Below, one piece after another: positions 1 to 7,376 of a DNA stretch of 10,895 nt. Position 1 is the stretch's first letter, and every line of letters begins with the position of its first letter. The notes under the pieces were generated by a model. The model was not told where the DNA came from. It made no database searches and saw only the letters and a list, made by a program, of their open reading frames with translations. The position numbers and the translations under genes were made by a program. Source of the stretch: Chthonomonadales bacterium. Its GTDB lineage: Bacteria > Armatimonadota > Chthonomonadetes > Chthonomonadales > CAJBBX01. The stretch is from NCBI GenBank assembly GCA_049967475.1, contig JBMFSQ010000051.1, forward strand, positions 1 through 10,895, written 5' to 3'.

Positions 1-64
1 GGCCCTCCCCGCCCGCGGGCGGGGAACCCCCCACCCCGGCCCTCCCCGCCCGCGGGGAGGGGGT
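1..64. repeat. Tandem GC-rich palindromic repeat (REP/BoxC-like), possibly truncated at the window edge
   Basis: The 19-mer GGCCCTCCCCGCCCGCGGG occurs at 1-19 and 38-56 (37 bp period). There is a perfect 20-bp palindrome TCCCCGCCCGCGGGCGGGGA at 6-25 and a 10-bp stem CCCTCCCCGC-cc-GCGGGGAGGG at 40-61, preceded by a C-rich CCCCCCACCCC tract. It lies just downstream of the acyl-CoA ligase stop. Confidence 0.75.
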
Positions 65-81
65 TTGGCACTGGCTGCCAA

Positions 82-1869
82 TCAGGCGGAGCTGCGCATT
101 AGCTGCTCCAGAACATCCGCGTATTTCTGCGCTATGGCGCGCCGCTTCACCTTGAGTGTGGGGGTGAGCTCGCCTCCTTCGATGCTGAACGGGCCAGGCA
201 CTAAGGCAAACCTCTTGATGCGTTCGAAATCAGCCAAGGCGTCGGAGAGGCGGTCCAGCTCTCCTTTAATGAGCTTGCGTACTTCGGGAAGTTTCACCAA
301 CTCTGCGTTGCTCGATGCGGGGAGTTGCTGGTTGCGGGCCCACTCCTTTAGGCGGTCGAAGGCGGGCACAATCACAGCAACGATGGCGTTGGACCGATCT
401 CCAAACAGTACGGCTTCCGAGATATAGGGGCTGGTTTTGAGGCTGGCTTCGATGGGCTGTGGCGCCACATTCTTACCGTTGGCGAGGACGATGATGTCCT
501 TCTTGCGGTCGGTGATCTTGAGGTAGCCGTCGTTGGAGAGAACTCCGATGTCCCCTGTACGGAACCATCCTTCTGCATCTATTGCCTGGGCCGTGTCCTG
601 GGGACGGCCAAAGTATCCGCGCATCAGGCTGGGCCCGCGCGCAAGGATCTCGCCGTCTTCCGCGATGCGCACTTCGATGCCTGGGAGGATCTCGCCGACG
701 GTGCCCTGACGCTGGCGGCCTGGGCGGTTCACGGAGATCACCGGGAGTTCCGTCAATCCGTACCCTTCCAGGATGTTCACTCCGATGGCCTGGAAAAACA
801 CAAAGGTCCGAGCGTCCAGCGGGGCGCCGCCGGCTACGAGGAAGCGGATGCGCCCGCCTGTTGCGCCCTGGCGGATGCGGCGTAGGGCGAGGCGATCTGC
901 CAAGGCCGCCTGGAGTTTGAGCAGGATACCCGGCCTTCGGCCTGTGGATTGAAGGTGTACGTATCGCTGGGCAGTTTCCAAAGCCCATTCGACGATGCGC
1001 CGGGTGCGTGGCGGTGTCTTGGCGATCTGTTCCAGAATCTTCTCGTGCATGGCCTCGTAGAGGCGCGGCACGCACAAAAAGGCGGTGGGCCGCACATCCA
1101 CGAGCTCGTTGGCCACGGCAAAGATGCCTTCGCTGTAGATGATCAACGCCCCGATGGAAAGCGGCAGATAATGCCCGGCAGTGCGCTCGAAGATGTGGCA
1201 CAGCGGCAAAAACGATAGGAAAATGTCTGTTTCGTCCAGGTGTACAATCTGCCGCGCGGCCACGCTCGTGTGGAGGAGGTTTCTGTGAGTGAGCATGGCG
1301 CCTTTGGGTTCCCCAGTGGTGCCGGATGTGTAGATGAGTGTAGCAATATCGTCCGGCGAGATGTTCCGTGCTGCTTCGTCCAGTTCGGCATCTGTGGGGC
1401 CGGAGGTTCCCCGGCGCAACATCTCGGCGAAGGAGATGGCCGACGCCTGGGGCTCGGCCTCCAAGGCGATGACATGCTCCAGCGTTCGTACTTCCGCAGG
1501 GAGCCCGAGGGCTTTGGCCATCTGCTTGGCATCGGACACTACCAGCGCGCGGGCGGCCGAATCGGTAACAATGTACTGTACTTGTTCACGCGGCAGGGTG
1601 TAGTAGATCGGTACCGTTACGGCTCCAATTGCCTGGCATGCCAAGTCCGTAATGGCCCATTCGGCCCTATTCTCGGAGAGGATGGCTACGCGGTCGCCGC
1701 GGCGGATGCCCAGCGCCGCCAATCCCCTGCGGCAGGTCAGGACGCGCTCCATAAGGCCGCGGTAGGTGAGGAATTCGTACCGGCCTCGGTGCTTGTATCC
1801 CAGCGCCCGCCGGTCAGGAAACCGCTCTGCGCTGCGCCGGAACATTTCATAGATCGTTGGATGCTCCAT
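82..1869 (-). CDS. fadD: Long-chain-fatty-acid--CoA ligase (AMP-binding/ANL superfamily), 595 aa
   Basis: Adenylation motifs IYTSGTTGEPKG, FLPLCHIFE, EGYGLTE, WFRTGDIG and ITDRKKDII, plus C-terminal ELTPTLKVKR typical of long-chain acyl-CoA synthetases. ATG at 1869 with purine-rich GGGGAAAGG just upstream; TGA at 82-84. Confidence 0.93.
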   Translation of the reverse strand: MEHPTIYEMFRRSAERFPDRRALGYKHRGRYEFLTYRGLMERVLTCRRGLAALGIRRGDRVAILSENRAEWAITDLACQAIGAVTVPIYYTLPREQVQYIVTDSAARALVVSDAKQMAKALGLPAEVRTLEHVIALEAEPQASAISFAEMLRRGTSGPTDAELDEAARNISPDDIATLIYTSGTTGEPKGAMLTHRNLLHTSVAARQIVHLDETDIFLSFLPLCHIFERTAGHYLPLSIGALIIYSEGIFAVANELVDVRPTAFLCVPRLYEAMHEKILEQIAKTPPRTRRIVEWALETAQRYVHLQSTGRRPGILLKLQAALADRLALRRIRQGATGGRIRFLVAGGAPLDARTFVFFQAIGVNILEGYGLTELPVISVNRPGRQRQGTVGEILPGIEVRIAEDGEILARGPSLMRGYFGRPQDTAQAIDAEGWFRTGDIGVLSNDGYLKITDRKKDIIVLANGKNVAPQPIEASLKTSPYISEAVLFGDRSNAIVAVIVPAFDRLKEWARNQQLPASSNAELVKLPEVRKLIKGELDRLSDALADFERIKRFALVPGPFSIEGGELTPTLKVKRRAIAQKYADVLEQLMRSSA

Positions 1870-1990
1870 AACCTTTCCCCCATCTTGGGACCGAAGAATT
1901 TTTTACTTCCTTTCTCAAGCGCGTCGTGGCAACTTCTGGAGGCGCAGGGATCTGTAGGATGACGCAGTCCCCGTCCGAATAGGGCAAGGA

Positions 1991-3643
1991 TCAGTGCAGG
2001 CCCAATGGCTGAACCGGCGTAAGGAACACAGGCTGGTCCCCCACAAAAACAACCATCTGCCATGTAACTTGCTCTGGGGGTACCGGCACTTCCGACAGCG
2101 GAATGAACAACCGAATGTTTTCCTCTTGGTACGGGTCGCTGGTGGCTTGGAAGGACTGTGCCACGCTCAACTGGCCTCGGGAATTCTGGAATGGGCTTTG
2201 AGGATCAGCCGGTTTGAGTGGCGTGACGCCATCGGCCCCGAAAAGGAAAAGGGCGATGCTTCCGGACTTGCCCGCGATCCCTGTAATCTGGAAGGATGCG
2301 TCCATCTCGATGCCCGGAGCAGCAGCTTGGGAGCTGTCGGGCGGTTCTGCAACGAGGCGGGCCGTGGCGTGGGCCCGAACGGGAGGGAGCGTAGGACTTC
2401 CTGGGGATCCGCTTGGGAGTGTTGCCACGATGGGTGTGGTGGCTCCGGGTTTTACATCCACGTTGGCCCACCAATCCGCGAGGCCGCTACCGGCTGGAGG
2501 CACCAAATGGACGTTGTGGCTTCCCGCAGCAACCTGGGGGATGAGAGCGGGTGTGGTGCCCATCGGCTGGCCATCTATATAGACGGCTGCCCCTGCGGGT
2601 GCGCTGGCGATCTGGATGCTGCCTGTGGAAACCGGCTGAGATCCTTCGGATCGCACGGCAGCAGCATGGGTTGCGGCGGGAAGCGGTTCCGTCTTCCGGT
2701 TTCGGAGCATGGCCGCGACACCCAAGCCCGCCGCCACCAGGGCTACAACGATGACGGTAACCGTGATCCTTGCTGGTCGCCGTGTCTGATGCATCTTTAC
2801 GGGTTCGGGGCGAAAGGTTGCCAGACGCGCGTAGATGTTTCGCAGGATCTGCAGGGCTTCTGCCGCGCTGTGGATGCGCTCGGCGGGATCCATCCGGACA
2901 CACCGGAGGATGAACTCATCCAGTTCTGGAGGAACCTGCGGGTTATAGCTGCGGGTGGAGGGGAATTTGAAAGGAGTGGGCGCCGGATCTCTCCCGGTAA
3001 GCAGGTGGTGGAGCGTGGCGCCGAAGGCATACAGATCTGCCCGGGGATCTGTTTGGCTGTGGCCGTACTGTTCCGGAGGCGAATAGCCTGGGCTGCCGTA
3101 CAGAAGCGTGTCTTTGGTGGCGGCTACATCGAAGCGCCGGGCGATGCCGAAATCAATCAGCTTGATGGTGCCGCCCTCAGTAAGCATGATATTAGCGGGT
3201 TTCAGGTCCCTAAATACGATGGGCGGATCCTGGCTGTGCAGGTAATGGAGAACGTCGGCCAACTGCATCGCCCACTCGAGGACCTGCCGCAGCGGAAGCG
3301 CCCGGCCTTCGTTGCTTCGAAGCACAGCTTCCAGGGTTCGCCCATGGATAAATTCCATCACGAGGTAACAGCGGCCATCGTCTACAAAGTAATCCGTGAC
3401 CTTAGGGAGGTTGGGGTGGGAGAGCTGGCCCAAAAACCGAGCCTCCCGCTTGAACTGCATTACAGCCAGTTCACGCTGATCCGGTGTGCCAGGCTGTTCG
3501 AGCAGCTCCTTTACAGCCACGGTGGTGTCCAGGCGCGTGTCCTGAGCGCGGTACACGGCGCCCATGCCGCCGCGGCCCACCGCTTCTTCAACGCGGTAGC
3601 GGCCCTGTAACAGGGTTCCTGGCTCTAACGTATGAGTGGTCAC
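1991..3643 (-). CDS. Hanks-type Ser/Thr protein kinase with one TM helix, a PEGA domain and an unassigned C-terminal domain, 550 aa
   Basis: Gly loop GRGGMGAVY, VAVKE, catalytic loop FRDLKPANIM, DFG, GSPGYSPPEQ and DLYAFG. Hydrophobic helix ITVTVIVVALVAAGLGVAAML. PEGA-like GSIQIASAPAGAAVYIDGQPMGTTP. GTG start preceded by AGGAAGG. Confidence 0.93.
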   Translation of the reverse strand: MTTHTLEPGTLLQGRYRVEEAVGRGGMGAVYRAQDTRLDTTVAVKELLEQPGTPDQRELAVMQFKREARFLGQLSHPNLPKVTDYFVDDGRCYLVMEFIHGRTLEAVLRSNEGRALPLRQVLEWAMQLADVLHYLHSQDPPIVFRDLKPANIMLTEGGTIKLIDFGIARRFDVAATKDTLLYGSPGYSPPEQYGHSQTDPRADLYAFGATLHHLLTGRDPAPTPFKFPSTRSYNPQVPPELDEFILRCVRMDPAERIHSAAEALQILRNIYARLATFRPEPVKMHQTRRPARITVTVIVVALVAAGLGVAAMLRNRKTEPLPAATHAAAVRSEGSQPVSTGSIQIASAPAGAAVYIDGQPMGTTPALIPQVAAGSHNVHLVPPAGSGLADWWANVDVKPGATTPIVATLPSGSPGSPTLPPVRAHATARLVAEPPDSSQAAAPGIEMDASFQITGIAGKSGSIALFLFGADGVTPLKPADPQSPFQNSRGQLSVAQSFQATSDPYQEENIRLFIPLSEVPVPPEQVTWQMVVFVGDQPVFLTPVQPLGLH

Positions 3644-3672
3644 GGAGGGCTGCCTTCCTGGATGCAGTCGCT

Positions 3673-3701
3673 ATCTTATCATAATCCGCAAGACTGGGCA
3701 A
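3673..3701 (-). promoter_or_regulatory. Putative sigma70-type promoter for the kinase gene
   Basis: Minus strand TTGCCC (3701-3696), 17 bp spacer, TAAGAT (3678-3673), with an extended -10 TGn (TGA-TAAGAT). About 30 bp upstream of the GTG. Confidence 0.5.
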
Positions 3702-3721
3702 CCCACAAGGCCCGAGGGTTG

Positions 3722-3750
3722 TTGCAGATGCAGTGCATGCAGGGTATGAT
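3722..3750 (+). promoter_or_regulatory. Putative sigma70-type promoter for rodA
   Basis: TTGCAG (3722-3727), 17 bp spacer, TATGAT (3745-3750), 54 bp upstream of the ATG at 3805. Confidence 0.6.
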
Positions 3751-3804
3751 CGGCACGTTTCTCTCGATGGCGCAGGCGGCCCGAACGGGTGTAAGGTGCA
3801 ACCA

Positions 3805-4902
3805 ATGCTGGAAACGCGGATGTGGAAGGGTTTGGATTGGTGGCTGGTTTTGGTTGCCATGGGCATCGCCGGCATGGGTTTGCTTGCGGTGACGAGCGCC
3901 ACTCATACCTCCGCCGGGCACCAATATCAGAAGCAGGCGCTGTGGCTTTTGCTGGGTCTGGGAGGCATGGCCGCAGCCGCGTCGGTAGACTGTGGACGCA
4001 TTCTGCGGTTGGCGCGGCCGCTGTACGTTACGAATCTGATCCTTCTTGCCCTTGTTTTTGGGCTTGGGCACGGTGCCAAAGGTGCTCAAAGATGGATCGC
4101 CTTGGGATCGTTTCAGTTCCAGCCTTCGGAGTTTGCCAAGGTTTGTCTCATCCTCTGCTTGGCAGCATACCTTGCAGCGCGCGCCGAGCATCTCAACAAG
4201 CTCTCTACGCTGCTGGGTTCCCTGGCATACCTTGGCATCCCCATGTTGCTGATCTTTAAACAGCCCGACCTGGGTACCTCCCTGGTGGTGCTGGCGATCT
4301 GGTTCGGAATGGCCTTTGTTGCGGGAGCGCGCCCACTGCACTTGGCCTTGATCTTGATGACCGGAATGCTGCTCTTCGGCGCGATGTGGCACTTCAATGT
4401 CCTCAAGCCCTATCAAAAGAGCCGCTTCATTGCGTTTCTCGATCCTAAAGCAGACCCAGCCGGAGCGGGATACCAAGTGCGCCAGAGCACGATCGCCATC
4501 GGGTCGGGAGATGTTTGGGGCCGCGGCTTTGAACGGGGGACGCAATCCCAGGGCAAGTTCATTCCCGAAAACCACACCGATTTCATCTTCACCGTGGTCG
4601 GTGAGGAAGGCGGCTTCGTCGGAGCGCTCTTCTTGATCGCACTCTACACCGGCCTCATTCTTCGCGGAGCGGCTGCCATGGCCTATGCGGTGGATCTTCA
4701 GGGCCGCCTGGTTGCAGCCGGCATCGTGTGCATGATTGCGTTCCATGTGATCGTGAACGTGGGAATGACGATGGGCATCATGCCGGTGACAGGCGTTCCG
4801 CTGCCGCTTGTGTCGTACGGGGGGAGCAGCCTCGTGCTCAACCTGATGGCCGTAGGTCTGCTCCTAAGCATCGGCAAACAGCGCCACGGCCTTATTTTCT
4901 AG
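3805..4902 (+). CDS. rodA: Rod shape-determining protein RodA (SEDS peptidoglycan polymerase), 365 aa
   Basis: SEDS motifs GAQRWI, FQPSEFAK, KQPDLGT, GYQVRQSTIAIGSG, PENHTDFIF (catalytic Asp), EEGGF and GIMPVTGVPLPLVSYGGSS. The LKPYQKSR...FLDP...DP.G.GY segment is RodA-like rather than FtsW-like. Start moved from 3733 to ATG 3805 because of SD-like TAAGGTG at 3792-3798 and the promoter overlapping the 3733 codon. Confidence 0.92.
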   Translation: MLETRMWKGLDWWLVLVAMGIAGMGLLAVTSATHTSAGHQYQKQALWLLLGLGGMAAAASVDCGRILRLARPLYVTNLILLALVFGLGHGAKGAQRWIALGSFQFQPSEFAKVCLILCLAAYLAARAEHLNKLSTLLGSLAYLGIPMLLIFKQPDLGTSLVVLAIWFGMAFVAGARPLHLALILMTGMLLFGAMWHFNVLKPYQKSRFIAFLDPKADPAGAGYQVRQSTIAIGSGDVWGRGFERGTQSQGKFIPENHTDFIFTVVGEEGGFVGALFLIALYTGLILRGAAAMAYAVDLQGRLVAAGIVCMIAFHVIVNVGMTMGIMPVTGVPLPLVSYGGSSLVLNLMAVGLLLSIGKQRHGLIF

Positions 4903-5770
4903 CTTCGTCATCGGTCGCCACGTGGAGGCCGCCGCCGTTGCGTCTGCCCGTCAAACGGTCCAGCCGTCGGAGGATAGGCTGAGCTTCGATAAGGGCGGAG
5001 AGGGAGTACTTTTCTGCCGCAAAGTGGAGCAGCACCAACAGGATCGCGGCAATCCATCTGGCGGGCCAGCCGGGATTAGCCAGAACGAGCTGGAGCGCCA
5101 ACACCCCTCCTAAAGCGTTGGAGCCGGTGTCTCCCAACATCGCTCGCGCAGAGGCATCCAGGGGATAAATAGCGGCTGCCGCAATGAGAACAACGAGGAG
5201 CGGGGGCGCGTGGTTGTGCGCTAGGGCTCCTGACACGAGCAGGGCGCCGAGGACCAGGAACGCGGCACATGCGCGGCCTGGGCGCAGATCCAGCAGATTG
5301 AGCCCATTGGCGCTCAGACTGATGATGAGGGCATCCCAGAAGCCGGCGAAGGCAGGCCGGCCGAGCACGCCCCAAACAATGATGAGGGAAAGGACTGGGA
5401 TGCCGGTGGCTTTGAGGAGCCCTGTGGTAACACGGTGATCCGCGATGAGCCGGCGAAAATGGCCGCGCAATCCGGTTGCTGTTCGATCTCCCCTCAGGTC
5501 ATCTACGAAGCCAAGGGTGCCGAAGCCGAGAAGCACCGCGCAGAACGCCGCTCTCTCACGAACGGTCCAGAGGCGCCACGGGTCCCATGCCAGCAGTGTG
5601 CACGCCCAAAGGATCACTGCCCACCCCAACGCCACCGGAACTCTTCGGCCGAGAAAGTTCTTGCGCACCAGCCGTGCTCTTTTGAGGACGACGGGCGTTG
5701 CCGCCGTAACGAGCAGGAGCCACGCCGCCATGAGCATGATAGGCCCGATTGGGTGTGTAAGGTCGCTCAT
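4892..5770 (-). CDS. Polyprenyl-phosphate sugar-1-phosphate transferase-like membrane protein (Glycos_transf_4, MraY/WecA superfamily, divergent), 292 aa
   Basis: Multiple TM helices. Motifs RKNFLGRRVP..LG, LGFVDDL, TTGLLK, NGLNLLDLRPG and MLGDTGSNALG. Starts 6 bp after the GT2 stop. Confidence 0.82.
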   Translation of the reverse strand: MSDLTHPIGPIMLMAAWLLLVTAATPVVLKRARLVRKNFLGRRVPVALGWAVILWACTLLAWDPWRLWTVRERAAFCAVLLGFGTLGFVDDLRGDRTATGLRGHFRRLIADHRVTTGLLKATGIPVLSLIIVWGVLGRPAFAGFWDALIISLSANGLNLLDLRPGRACAAFLVLGALLVSGALAHNHAPPLLVVLIAAAAIYPLDASARAMLGDTGSNALGGVLALQLVLANPGWPARWIAAILLVLLHFAAEKYSLSALIEAQPILRRLDRLTGRRNGGGLHVATDDEARK

Positions 5771-5776
5771 TGTAAC

Positions 5777-6472
5777 TTAGGAATGACGGGCATCTGTGCG
5801 CGCCGTGCGGCGGATGGCGAGGCGCAGAAGGGTGCGGGCCACTGCGTAAAACTGCTTGGCGCGGTGCCAGATGGCGGCAAAGTCCCACCCTGTAACGCGG
5901 TGCGTCATGGGGAGCAAGATCTCCTGAACGCGGAAGCCGCTCCGGAGGGCGGTGATGGTAAGGCCCACCTCGGCGCCGAAGCCCGGTTCGATGGGGCCCG
6001 TCTCGATCCATACTTGCCGCCGGAGCGCTCGCTGCCCGGAAAGGGGCGAGTTCATCACCTTACCCGTTGCCCGCCGGATGGCCCACCGCGCCAAACGCAC
6101 CACCAAGCCGAAACCGCCGCCGGATGCTCCACGGGGTGCAAACTGGGCAATGGCCATGTCGGCTTCGCGAGCCAAAACAGGGGCCAAAAGGTGCTCGGCA
6201 TGGATCGCCGTGTCGCCCAGGTCGGCATCCAGCAGAAGCAGTATCTCGCCGCGACTGGTTTCGATGCCGCGTTGGAGCGCCTGACCCTTACCGGCGGCCT
6301 TGCCCATCCTTACTACCGTTGCGCCGGCGCGCGTTGCCTCATCGGCCGTGCCGTCCCGAGAACCGTCATCCACCACAATGATCTCGCCCACCCCGGGAAT
6401 GAGGGAGGCGGCACGGACAGTGGCTGCGATGCGGGCCGCTTCATTGCGGGCGGGAATGATCACCGAGACCAT
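5777..6472 (-). CDS. Family 2 (GT-A fold) glycosyltransferase, DPM1/GpgS-like, 231 aa
   Basis: VSVIIPARNE, IIVVDDGSRDGT, GKGQAL, DxD motif LLDADL, PLSGQRA and GFGAEVGL. Its start overlaps the last 13 bp of steB. Confidence 0.9.
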   Translation of the reverse strand: MVSVIIPARNEAARIAATVRAASLIPGVGEIIVVDDGSRDGTADEATRAGATVVRMGKAAGKGQALQRGIETSRGEILLLLDADLGDTAIHAEHLLAPVLAREADMAIAQFAPRGASGGGFGLVVRLARWAIRRATGKVMNSPLSGQRALRRQVWIETGPIEPGFGAEVGLTITALRSGFRVQEILLPMTHRVTGWDFAAIWHRAKQFYAVARTLLRLAIRRTARTDARHS

Positions 6473-7326
6473 GGAATGTTTTGGGGTATGGGCACGAGGC
6501 CGTTGCGCGCGGTCTTCTTGGACCCATAGTCGCCGGGTGGCGCAATGAGGGCCAGGGCAACAGCCAGGCGGCCGATGTCCGTGTCCGCGTTGTCCACTGT
6601 GCTGATTTCACCGTTATGCACCACCGGAATGTACGAGATGCCTGCAGTGCTCGGTTCGGCAAAAACGACTTTCATGCCGGCATCGCGCAGGCGGCTGATG
6701 AACGGCGTGTCTACAGTGTCGGCGCGGCTCTCGTAGTCTTGGGTGGCTCCGCCGACAAGGATCACTCGGTCCGCAGGCAGAGAGTAGCTGCCGTCGTGGG
6801 TGAGGAGCCTCTCATCTTCCAGGACCGCAACATCGGCGTCGCCGTTCCCCCTGGACAGCGCCCAGGCCAATACAGCCAGGGGAGCCGACGCGTCCGCAGG
6901 CAGATCGGGATGGTTGGGCCGCAATTTGGACTGCAGATCGGCCGACGTCGTCTGTGCGCGGGCAGGGAAGAGGCGGTCAATGACTGTGACGGACGAGATC
7001 GTGGCTCCGGCCTGTTCCAGCGTTTCGCGGATGCGCTGGACCGTATCCGGGTAATCTCCCGTTTGCACGAGCGCCACGCGCATCCCGCTGAGCTTGGCAT
7101 CGAGCACCACGGTAGAGATGCGTGCGACGAATTCAGCGTAATGGAGGTTCTCTTCCCGCAGCGGAGCGATTTCCTGGGTGAACTGCGTTTTGAGCTCGTC
7201 CAACCGGCGTGTCTGGCGTTGCACGATGGCGCTCTGTACGAAGGAGCTGCCAATGACGATGCCCACGCCCAAGGCGATGAAGATGGCGGCGATCGTGGTT
7301 ACGTGGTACCTGTAGCTTGGGTACAT
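6460..7326 (-). CDS. steB: SteB/MctB family membrane-anchored protein (DUF3186, often annotated copper transporter), 288 aa
   Basis: N-terminus YRYHVTTIAAIFIALGVGIVIGS (family-typical TM anchor), then a coiled-coil-like segment (QRQTRRLDELKTQF..LREEN), LSGMRVALV, and C-terminal ISTVDNADTDIGRLAVALAL...GDYG. Lies directly after steA. Start moved from 7533 to ATG 7326. Confidence 0.85.
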   Translation of the reverse strand: MYPSYRYHVTTIAAIFIALGVGIVIGSSFVQSAIVQRQTRRLDELKTQFTQEIAPLREENLHYAEFVARISTVVLDAKLSGMRVALVQTGDYPDTVQRIRETLEQAGATISSVTVIDRLFPARAQTTSADLQSKLRPNHPDLPADASAPLAVLAWALSRGNGDADVAVLEDERLLTHDGSYSLPADRVILVGGATQDYESRADTVDTPFISRLRDAGMKVVFAEPSTAGISYIPVVHNGEISTVDNADTDIGRLAVALALIAPPGDYGSKKTARNGLVPIPQNIPWSR

Positions 7327-7376
7327 AGATCTCTCTAGTTCGACCCCCGGGGGCAGGCCCGGCGGCCTTGGGCGCC

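Noticed and set aside
1..64. Possible edge of a CRISPR array
   Set aside because: The repeat is only 19 bp with an 18-bp low-complexity gap that is part of the palindrome; there are only two copies and no cas genes.
1870..1990. Promoter or terminator between the kinase and fadD
   Set aside because: There is an AT-rich patch with TTGCCA and TTGAGA hexamers on the minus strand, but no properly spaced -10 box, and the hairpins are weak with no U-tract.
3199..3222. Kinase FRD instead of HRD as a sign of a pseudokinase
   Set aside because: The catalytic Asp, Lys, Asn and DFG are intact, and aromatic-RD variants are common in bacterial Hanks-type kinases.
1994..3610. 538-aa plus-strand ORF
   Set aside because: Codon-aligned antisense shadow of the kinase with no recognisable motifs; expected at high GC.
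3733..3804. 24-aa N-terminal extension of RodA from GTG 3733
   Set aside because: That codon sits in the predicted promoter spacer, while ATG 3805 has an SD-like site and gives a normal RodA N-terminus.
3679..4746. 355-aa minus-strand ORF
   Set aside because: Antisense shadow of rodA with no protein motifs.
6460..7326. Literal copper transporter or copper-resistance locus
   Set aside because: The protein has one TM helix, no Cys and no His/Met clusters, no copper genes are nearby, and the steA context favours the SteB interpretation.
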